41,254 nucleotides of DNA from positions 1 to 41,254 of the IMG/VR virus record IMGVR_UViG_3300033402_000027; one strand, written 5' to 3'. The notes beneath the pieces were generated by a model. It was not told the DNA's origin. It saw nothing but the letters and a program-made list of their open reading frames with translations, and searched no databases. Each line of letters begins with the position of its first letter. The first letter of the stretch is position 1. This stretch comes from a virus (Duplodnaviria; Caudoviricetes). A program made the translations under genes and the position numbers. Positions 1-6,528 of this stretch are shown here, one piece after another.

Positions 1-127
1 TATTTCCTATGAAGAGCTAGTATTTCCTATGAAGAGCTAGTATTTCCTATGAAGAGCTAGTATTTCCTATGAAGAGCTAGTATTTCCTATGAAGAGCTAG
101 TATTTCCTATGAAGAGCTAGTATTTCC
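1..127. repeat. Tandem array A, unit TATTTCCTATGAAGAGCTAG (20 bp), 6 full copies + 7 bp; continues from the window's right end
   Basis: Read directly. Perfect copies, with stop codons in all frames on both strands. Confidence 0.98.
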
Positions 128-219
128 CCAATCTCCGATACAATACCAAAGGTATGAAGAGCTAGTATTTCCCCAATCTCCGATACAAAGAGCTAGTATT
201 TCCCCAATCTCCGATACAA
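113..219. repeat. Repeat B, AGAGCTAGTATTTCCCCAATCTCCGATACAA (31 bp) x3 (113-143, 158-188, 189-219)
   Basis: Read directly. Shares AGAGCTAGTATTTCC with array A. Confidence 0.95.
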
Positions 220-326
220 AGAGATAATCCTCCCGGATCTTACGAGGCGGTTATACAAAGAGATAATCCTCCCGGATCTTACGAGGCGGTACAAAGAGAT
301 AATCCTCCCGGATCTTACGAGGCGGT
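215..326. repeat. Repeat C, TACAAAGAGATAATCCTCCCGGATCTTACGAGGCGGT (37 bp) x3 (215-251, 254-290, 290-326)
   Basis: Read directly. Exact copies. Confidence 0.95.
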
Positions 327-368
327 TCTCTTGTTACGAGCGTGTGTCAGCTTTCCAGTCCCAGTGCG

Positions 369-587
369 GGTCCGGAAAATGTCCCTCCCCTTTTCAAGGG
401 GACATTTTCCGGACCGTTTTATTTCGGGTCCCGGACCCGAACAATAACGTTCTTCACCGTTTCTCGTCGGGTCCGCGATATTCCGGACCCGGAACGGGTC
501 CCGGACCCGTGAAACGTTCTCTTAAAGCCGTGAAAAAAGATCGGGCGGGTCCGGGACCCGAAACGGGTCCGCGATGTTCCGGACCCG
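369..587. repeat. Cluster of six inverted repeats built on GG(G)TCC...GGACC(C)
   Basis: 369-415 (17-bp perfect stem), 423-441, 468-491, 494-510, 546-560, 564-587. Confidence 0.93.
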
Positions 588-617
588 CCATTTTGCCCCA
601 CCTCCGAATGTCCCCAA

Positions 618-668
618 CCAAAGAAATCGTAATGAACGCACATATGTAGATACTCAAAGTCTTCATAT
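618..668. repeat. 51-bp exact direct repeat of 40430-40480, flanked by a 9-bp inverted repeat (608-616 / 682-690)
   Basis: CCAAAGAAATCGTAATGAACGCACATATGTAGATACTCAAAGTCTTCATAT at both loci; ATGTCCCCA and TGGGGACAT flank the left copy only. Confidence 0.95.
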
Positions 669-756
669 CACCCAATATTCCTGGGGACATGTACTCTACG
701 ATGGGCTTTTTATACTCTTGGACACACTGAGAGTATTCGCCCGGTAGGGTATCGCG

Positions 757-1044
757 ATGACCAGTTCGAGAAACGCCAAATTCAAGCATCCCAAACCGAT
801 GCTCGGAACCTATCTTACCTCCCAACGTGAGATTGACATGTGGGACGAGCTCCGAGCCCGCCAACCACTAATTGGCGCCTCAGAACTCCTCCGGGTCCTC
901 ATCCGCCGTGGCGTTCCACAGCTACTCGCTCTCCCCCCAATGGAGCTCGAGAGAATCCTCCTAACGGAGGGCAAAGCCACATCCCCCACCTATCCGACAT
1001 TCGCCCCATCCAAGGTGGGCATGTCGAAGAAGAATATCCGCTAG
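757..1044 (+). CDS. Small DNA-binding protein, ribbon-helix-helix-like
   Basis: Basic N-terminus, short strand (MLGTYL) then two helices (SELLRVLIRRG); first gene after the repeat region. Confidence 0.55.
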   Translation: MTSSRNAKFKHPKPMLGTYLTSQREIDMWDELRARQPLIGASELLRVLIRRGVPQLLALPPMELERILLTEGKATSPTYPTFAPSKVGMSKKNIR

Positions 1045-1057
1045 ATATCCGAATAGC

Positions 1058-1096
1058 ACTAAGCCCGGACCCCCGTGGAAAAGGACCGGGCTTAGT
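1058..1096. promoter_or_regulatory. Stem-loop immediately before the helicase RBS
   Basis: ACTAAGCCCGG / CCGGGCTTAGT perfect 11-bp stem, followed by AGGAG and GTG at 1111. Confidence 0.6.
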
Positions 1097-1110
1097 AGGA
1101 GTGAGAAGAC

Positions 1111-2766
1111 GTGTCTCAAAATACTCTACAATCAAAGACCACTCCTCATATCGATGCTCGCGTCTTTCGCGGTCTCATCTCTGTCGGCGACTTTCCCGAT
1201 ATCGCTGACGCCCAAGATAATTGGGAGCGCTATCTCCAGAAAGACATCGAACTTTCCAACGAGGAAGACCTCAAGATTCACCGCTACTTGTCGGATTGGC
1301 ACTTCGGATGTCAAGGCAATCCTGACATCGCTCAGATCCGCCACTACTTCGAGAAAACCGACGAGGTTGAAGTTGTGGACTGGCTCAACGAAATTGCCAA
1401 GGCTCTCTGCTTTCGCCGAGAGATGTACAAAGGCATCCTTCTCGAGGTTTGCAAGCAGAACGAAGAACACCGCGAGCTTTTCCTTCTCGATTGTTGCCGC
1501 CTCATCACCACCATGGGCTGGGAACCACCTCGCCCTTTCAACGGCAAAAAAGTTCTGCGCGGTGTCGTCGATTCTCGCGAGTGGTACGAATCTAAAACTC
1601 GGGAATCCAAAATCTCCGATAATTTCGATTTCAAATTCATCACCGGCCCCGACATCGCAAAGTCCGCCGCACGTCCTCGCGTCCTTCTTCATCATTTCGG
1701 CATCCATTCCGGCCGTCCCACGGCCGTCATCGGATACGCCGGCATCTCCAAGACTTGGCTCGCGATCTTCCTCGCCCTCTCCACAGCAAGCGGCGCCGGA
1801 TCTTGCTGGGGCGGTCTCGAACTCGCTCGTAAAGGCGGCGTCGTCCATTTCGATTATGAAATGGGCAAGGATGGCATTTCCGAGCGTTATCGCCGCGCCG
1901 CTTTCGGTATGAACCTCGATCTTTCCAATTTGCTCGGCCGCAAGACTTCATCAAGCTTGGCCGGCACACTTCAACCTCGGGCATTCGCAGCCGCATCAGC
2001 CGCGCACCTTGACATTCCACTTCAACTTCTTCCACTCCCCAAGCAAGACCTCCACACTCGCGGCATGGAGCGCGCGTTGGTGAGAGCCTGTCGTGGTAAA
2101 ACCCTCTGCATTATCGACTCCTTTCGCGCAGCCACCGCCTCATCTCCCATTTCCGAGAACGATTCACAGATCCGTAAATATCTCGACATGCTCGCGCGCG
2201 TATCCGACGAAACTCAATGCGTTTTCCTCGTTCTGCATCACGCTCGTAAAGACGACCGAAATGCTGAGAAGAATGACTTCCTCAAAATTCAGGACGCGCG
2301 CGGTTCTTCCGGCATCGGCGACGCTTTCGGCGCCACCATTCACGTTGAAAATGCCGAAAACGGCTTTCGTCTGTTGCAAGGCAAGCGTTCTCGCGGCAAA
2401 CGCGGCGAAGACGTCTATCTTCGTCTCGAAGATGTAGGCAACATCCTCTATGAGCCCGACGATTTCGGACGCCAACATTCAGTCGGTTCCGAGGGCATTC
2501 AATTGTCTTCGTCTGCCGCCACACCGGGCGATCTTCAGCTCGAGAATGACATCGCCGAAATTACGCGCATCATTCGCGCATCAGGCGATCATATTGATTC
2601 AAAGGAGGACCTCGAGGCCGTTTGCAAAGGCATCGGTCACGATAGACGCGTTCTCGCCATTGGTCAAATGAAAATGCGCGGGATCTTGCGAAATACAAAG
2701 AAGGGTTATCACCTCGCCACCACTCTCGGCGTTGAAGACATGCTCCATGATGGAGATATCAAATGA
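1111..2766 (+). CDS. RecA-fold replicative helicase, RepA/AAA_25 type
   Basis: Walker A GYAGISKT, VVHFDYEM, Walker B LCIIDS, VLHHARK, ARGSSG motifs. Confidence 0.85.
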   Translation: MSQNTLQSKTTPHIDARVFRGLISVGDFPDIADAQDNWERYLQKDIELSNEEDLKIHRYLSDWHFGCQGNPDIAQIRHYFEKTDEVEVVDWLNEIAKALCFRREMYKGILLEVCKQNEEHRELFLLDCCRLITTMGWEPPRPFNGKKVLRGVVDSREWYESKTRESKISDNFDFKFITGPDIAKSAARPRVLLHHFGIHSGRPTAVIGYAGISKTWLAIFLALSTASGAGSCWGGLELARKGGVVHFDYEMGKDGISERYRRAAFGMNLDLSNLLGRKTSSSLAGTLQPRAFAAASAAHLDIPLQLLPLPKQDLHTRGMERALVRACRGKTLCIIDSFRAATASSPISENDSQIRKYLDMLARVSDETQCVFLVLHHARKDDRNAEKNDFLKIQDARGSSGIGDAFGATIHVENAENGFRLLQGKRSRGKRGEDVYLRLEDVGNILYEPDDFGRQHSVGSEGIQLSSSAATPGDLQLENDIAEITRIIRASGDHIDSKEDLEAVCKGIGHDRRVLAIGQMKMRGILRNTKKGYHLATTLGVEDMLHDGDIK

Positions 2767-2966
2767 AGTGCACAGTTCCGGGAACAAGAGATTGCCAAAA
2801 TCCAGTAGTCAAGTACTTCGTAGTGGACTTGAGTCTGGATTCTGATGAGAGTCTCACTTTCATCACGAGAAGCTGTGGTAAGCATTTGAATAATTTATTT
2901 CCTACTAATATTTACCAAGAAATCTCGTTCGAAGACTCAATCATTTGGGATATCATGGCATTATGA
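2763..2966 (+). CDS. Small putative Zn-binding protein (paralog 1 of 4)
   Basis: ATGA-coupled; C..C...CGKH; ends ISFEDSIIWDIMAL. Confidence 0.75.
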   Translation: MKCTVPGTRDCQNPVVKYFVVDLSLDSDESLTFITRSCGKHLNNLFPTNIYQEISFEDSIIWDIMAL

Positions 2967-3184
2967 ACGGCTCTCAGAATATCGCCGATCTGGAGGTTTA
3001 CATGCACGCTCTTAACGAATGTCGTCGTCTTTGGTTCCTCAAGCGCGGTTACAACCCTGACCTCATGAACACACCCGAGGTCATCGTCTACGGCAAATCC
3101 CATTTTCTTCAATGGCGCAATCAGCTCGGCAACGTCATCGCCAAATTTGAGGTCACTGGTCCAAAGGTCCGACTCGTCGCGTGA
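2963..3184 (+). CDS. Hypothetical protein (~73 aa)
   Basis: ATGA overlap at 2963-2966 and GTGA overlap at 3181-3184. Confidence 0.7.
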   Translation: MNGSQNIADLEVYMHALNECRRLWFLKRGYNPDLMNTPEVIVYGKSHFLQWRNQLGNVIAKFEVTGPKVRLVA

Positions 3185-3390
3185 GACGCTGTTCCGCTGC
3201 AGGAACCTCATGCGACGAAACCGCTGTGGCCGCGTTCGCTATTCCAGTCACATACGAGGACGGGGTTCCTTCACACTTCCGTTTCATCCTCGCATGCGCA
3301 TTCCATGCTTATCGCATTTCCCTCTATGAAATGGGCTATCAGCGTCTTTCGGACGAGGAAGCCATTTGTTGGGAGATCCTCAACTCATGA
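3181..3390 (+). CDS. Small putative Zn-binding protein (paralog 2)
   Basis: C..C...CAFH; ends LSDEEAICWEILNS. Confidence 0.75.
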   Translation: MRRCSAAGTSCDETAVAAFAIPVTYEDGVPSHFRFILACAFHAYRISLYEMGYQRLSDEEAICWEILNS

Positions 3391-3593
3391 GACAGACGAC
3401 GAAACCAAACATTCTCGAGTGCGCGTTCGTTTCGTGTGGAAATCTTGGAACTCGATTCTTTCAGTATCATATGCCAGGCGGATTGAAATTGGTGATCTCA
3501 TATTGCGGAAAATGTGATTTCTCCATTCCAGATGGATACTGGCTTGAAATCACTCGTGAAGAAGCTATCTGCTGGGAAGTGATGGACTCATGA
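3387..3593 (+). CDS. Small putative Zn-binding protein (paralog 3)
   Basis: ATGA overlap at 3387; C..C...CGKC; ends ITREEAICWEVMDS. Confidence 0.75.
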   Translation: MRQTTKPNILECAFVSCGNLGTRFFQYHMPGGLKLVISYCGKCDFSIPDGYWLEITREEAICWEVMDS

Positions 3594-3958
3594 TAGTCTT
3601 AGTGTTAAGCCTTTTATCTGTAGGGTTTGATATGGACTACATGGAGATGATGTTAGACGTACGCGAGATGGTCGCCACGGCTCTGTGTGAAGGCTATCTT
3701 GCAGACTCGCTCTCTGTATGCAACGGTCGTCCTATCATTATCGGCAGGGTCCCCTGGGACCGAGGAGATGCGGATGAGAAGCTCTGTACTGAAGATTATC
3801 GTCGTCTAGACGACTTCTTCATCCCTCGAGGCTATCTCAACAAAGGCCCTGTGAGCCGAATTAAATTTTTGCAATTGCTTGCTGAGCACTACGAACGCGA
3901 ACGGAGAGAGGTTCGCGAAATCATCCATGAGACGATGGCAGAATTGGAGAGCGCATGA
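3590..3958 (+). CDS. Hypothetical protein (start may be ATG 3632)
   Basis: ATGA overlaps at both ends; TAGGGT lies 5 nt before ATG 3632. Confidence 0.7.
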   Translation: MIVLVLSLLSVGFDMDYMEMMLDVREMVATALCEGYLADSLSVCNGRPIIIGRVPWDRGDADEKLCTEDYRRLDDFFIPRGYLNKGPVSRIKFLQLLAEHYERERREVREIIHETMAELESA

Positions 3959-4173
3959 AAACTCCCAATCGAGTCTACGAGCCAAAACTTCTCTGTCAGA
4001 AGTGTCTCGAAAGCCCCACGCAATGCTTCATTTTCACGCTTCGGGACCGTCATCATTTAGTGCGTCGTTGCGAGAAGCATCGCGTGGATGGAGATCTCCC
4101 TGAGTCTCTCCAAAGGAAAGACCTCTCCATGAATGAAATTTCCGAACTCACCCTGGAGCTTCTAGCCTCATAG
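3955..4173 (+). CDS. Small putative Zn-binding protein (paralog 4)
   Basis: CQKC...CEKH; ends LSMNEISELTLELLAS. Confidence 0.7.
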   Translation: MKTPNRVYEPKLLCQKCLESPTQCFIFTLRDRHHLVRRCEKHRVDGDLPESLQRKDLSMNEISELTLELLAS

Positions 4174-4196
4174 AATTTTAGGTTGTATGATCTGTA

Positions 4197-4760
4197 ATGG
4201 ATCTACTGATTCACGGAATACCCGATAAATTCGTCTTAAATTTGATGATTAAGGCTGAGGGCAAAGACCTCACCTGGCAATTCATTTTGGATGAGTGGAC
4301 CCGCTACACGCATCCTCATTTCTTCATTGACAAGCACAAGAAATCTCCTCGCACCGACGTGCCTGGTCAATGTCGTGTGTGTCAAAAGCCAACGCGTGTC
4401 TTCTGCGATCATCACCATGAGCTAGAACTGGAGAAAGCCAAAAGCACGCGCGCACGCAAAATGAGTCGTGAGGGATGCAAGCCTTGCGTAATCTGCGGCA
4501 GAAAATCGCGCGAGCCCATCGAATTTCCGCTTTGTGAAGAACATCGGAAACAAGCCGATGAGAATCTATTCGCTCGTGAAGAGGGTAGAAGAAATGGCAC
4601 GCGTGGCAGTAAACCCACCATCGAACAGATGGCAAAGAGAGCCACAGGCGGCATCCCGAAGGTTCTGAGCACCAAACCCACGGCCATTGCAGCTCGCAAC
4701 AAGTATCATGAGAAGAGAGCTCTCAGGAAACAAAAGCTCAGTCAGAAAGCCGAGCCGTGA
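4197..4760 (+). CDS. Basic protein with two CxxC...CxxH fingers
   Basis: CRVC...CDHH and CVIC...CEEH; Lys/Arg-rich tail. Confidence 0.7.
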   Translation: MDLLIHGIPDKFVLNLMIKAEGKDLTWQFILDEWTRYTHPHFFIDKHKKSPRTDVPGQCRVCQKPTRVFCDHHHELELEKAKSTRARKMSREGCKPCVICGRKSREPIEFPLCEEHRKQADENLFAREEGRRNGTRGSKPTIEQMAKRATGGIPKVLSTKPTAIAARNKYHEKRALRKQKLSQKAEP

Positions 4761-5299
4761 GCGGGAGCAAGAAGCTTCAGAATCTTCGTTGTCTAGTTTG
4801 CGGGAGCCCGCATCAGGCAACTTTCTACAAAATCTATTGTTCGGAAAAATGCCGCCAACTCGGCATGGTTCCGAAGGAGCCAATTTGGGGCACAGTCAAA
4901 ATCCCATGCCGTTTTTGCCAGGACATGTTCTTCCCGTTCTATGCCAATTACACAAAAGTTTGCAACAAGCGTGAATGCAAGCTCCAACTCAAACGAGAAT
5001 ATGACCGGGCTAATCAACTAGAAGTACCCCTCTGTGGCCATCCAGCCAGCGACACATATGTTAGCAATGATGGTCGGCGGAAATGTAGAACCTGCAATAA
5101 CGCGCGCAAATTGGCTCATCCAAAACCGCCGAAAGTTCCAACTCATTGTAGAAAAGGTCATCCTATCAGCGATAGTTACGTTAAACCAAATGGATATAGG
5201 ACATGTCGGACTTGCCTCAAATCGAAAAGGCGGAAACGCAGGCTTAGGCAGGCTGATTTGTCCTGCAGACCTCAATCTGGTATAATTACATATGAGTAA
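4757..5299 (+). CDS. Multi-Zn-finger protein with two HNH-associated-type (CxxGH...Y...G.R.CRTC) modules, no nuclease domain
   Basis: LCGHPASDTYVSNDGRRKCRTC and THCRKGHPISDSYVKPNGYRTCRTC, plus CxxC...YCSEKC. Confidence 0.7.
   Translation: MSGSKKLQNLRCLVCGSPHQATFYKIYCSEKCRQLGMVPKEPIWGTVKIPCRFCQDMFFPFYANYTKVCNKRECKLQLKREYDRANQLEVPLCGHPASDTYVSNDGRRKCRTCNNARKLAHPKPPKVPTHCRKGHPISDSYVKPNGYRTCRTCLKSKRRKRRLRQADLSCRPQSGIITYE
5258..5286 (+). promoter_or_regulatory. sigma70-type promoter, probably leaderless for 5292
   Basis: TTGTCC-17 bp-TATAAT with extended -10 TG; ATG 5 nt downstream. Confidence 0.65.
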
Positions 5300-5519
5300 T
5301 CACAAAAACAATGTGTTCATCACATTAAGTTTCACAGCCGACGAAATCGCCAACGTCAATGCATTGGTGAGTAATTATCCTAATGTATCCAGGCACGAGC
5401 TGCTCAAATTAGCTGCTCAATACGGGCTAACTACATTGAGTAAGAAAAATCTTTCTCAACTTTCAGTCGCTTTGCAAAAATTCAAGGATACCGCTCCACC
5501 CGATCGTTACAAGTTCTAA
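5292..5519 (+). CDS. Ribbon-helix-helix-like regulator
   Basis: VFITLSF strand, ADEIANVNALV helix, SRHELLKLAAQYGL helix. Confidence 0.6.
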   Translation: MSNHKNNVFITLSFTADEIANVNALVSNYPNVSRHELLKLAAQYGLTTLSKKNLSQLSVALQKFKDTAPPDRYKF

Positions 5520-5554
5520 TCGGAAATCCGTCGATCCCGGAAGTAACCGATCAC

Positions 5555-6046
5555 ATGAAACTCGCACTGTTGGGTAGTTCGGTTATTCTAATGCTGGTTG
5601 CCTGCGGCGGAACTCCTACTGTGGTGGAGATTATCGAACCATCTGGTTCATCTTCGAGTTCTAGCTCTAGTTCCTCTTCGAGTGGGACCGTGTGCCCCGC
5701 GGGCACGTATCTGGACAATGGGGGTCAGTGCGAGACTGACTCGACCAGTTCTTCTTCTAGCTCCGGCGATACTTCCGTGAGTTCTTCGAGTTCGTCAGGC
5801 GGCCAGGGTGGGTCGGAAGGTACCGGAGGCTCTGGAAGTACCTTCAGCTCTTCTTCTTCCAGTTCCAGCTCTTCTTCTAGTGGCTTGACCTGTTTGCCGA
5901 ACGGGGATTTTCTGCCTTTGGGGGATCCTGATTGGTTTTGTTGTTCAGGACGTGCGGTCAATTCCGTATGTATTGGCATCCCGCAGGACCCATGTGTGAG
6001 CGGGTGTGCAAACCTAAAAATCGTAGCGGAGATCATGGAATCATGA
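5555..6046 (+). CDS. Lipoprotein with Ser/Gly linkers and Cys-rich modules
   Basis: Signal MKLALLGSSVILM plus lipobox LVAC; poly-Ser tracts. Confidence 0.8.
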   Translation: MKLALLGSSVILMLVACGGTPTVVEIIEPSGSSSSSSSSSSSSGTVCPAGTYLDNGGQCETDSTSSSSSSGDTSVSSSSSSGGQGGSEGTGGSGSTFSSSSSSSSSSSSGLTCLPNGDFLPLGDPDWFCCSGRAVNSVCIGIPQDPCVSGCANLKIVAEIMES

Positions 6047-6285
6047 GCGGCTATCTAACTGTCACCAGCGTGATGAAGAAAGAAACTCGCGATTGGGGTT
6101 TCCGCCAGCACTCTGGTCAGAATCGATTTGTCAAACTCATGATCGAAGTTCTTGTTCCCGAAGAACAGGCGAACGCAGTCATCGACGCACTTCACCACGG
6201 AATCAATGGGCCGAATCTAAGAATCGATTGTTCTTGCCAAGAGTGCTTTAAGAATCGTGTAGTGTGCGAGGTGATGGAATCCTAA
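6043..6285 (+). CDS. Truncated PII (GlnB/GlnK)-like protein, 80 aa
   Basis: GYLTVTSV, GFRQHSG and KLMIEVLVPEEQANAVIDAL resemble PII GMTVTEV, GFGRQKG and KVKIEIVVPD..V..VI; ATGA overlap at 6043. Confidence 0.5.
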   Translation: MSGYLTVTSVMKKETRDWGFRQHSGQNRFVKLMIEVLVPEEQANAVIDALHHGINGPNLRIDCSCQECFKNRVVCEVMES

Positions 6286-6288
6286 CTT

Positions 6289-6528
6289 GTGAATAAACCT
6301 CATTCACTCTGTCGTCGATGCCATCAGCCTTTCCATCGCATGGCTGGACCTTATTTCTTATACTGCTGCTTCAAATGCTATCGACCTGAAGGCAATCATC
6401 GGAATTGCGCGTATGTGAATTGTGGGAAAGATTTCTTGATTGATAGTCGCAATCCCACGCAGAAATACTGCGACTTGAAATGCCACAATTTAGCGATGAA
6501 ACTGAAACGTCATCAGTTAGTGGGATAA
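6289..6528 (+). CDS. Small Zn-finger protein
   Basis: CRRC...YCCFKC and CAYVNC...KYCDLKC. Confidence 0.6.
   Translation: MNKPHSLCRRCHQPFHRMAGPYFLYCCFKCYRPEGNHRNCAYVNCGKDFLIDSRNPTQKYCDLKCHNLAMKLKRHQLVG

Noticed and set aside
11-17. SapI/BspQI site (GAAGAGC) in every array-A unit, suggesting a synthetic construct
   Set aside because: The unit grades into natural-looking repeats B and C, and no vector or adapter sequence is recognisable.
1-326. CRISPR array
   Set aside because: Repeats are head-to-tail with no unique spacers, and there are no cas genes.
391-400. TTTTCAAGGG also at 40281-40290, and AATCTCCGATA of repeat B also at 1611-1621
   Set aside because: Matches of 10-11 bp are expected by chance in 41 kb.
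618-668. DGR template/variable repeat pair with 40430-40480
   Set aside because: The copies are identical with no adenine-specific mismatches, and no reverse transcriptase is encoded.
618-668. attL/attR of an integrated element
   Set aside because: No recombinase is recognised, the site is not a tRNA end, and excision would not restore a reading frame. Not fully excluded.
344-864. ORFs 344-649 (+), 419-643 (-), 454-864 (-)
   Set aside because: Their GPGP-type translations are by-products of GC-rich palindromes. No RBS or family motif; the MCVHYDFFG match simply reflects the 51-bp repeat.
1132-1912. Long overlapping ORFs 1132-1848 (-) and 1154-1912 (+)
   Set aside because: Shadow frames of the helicase gene with no motifs.
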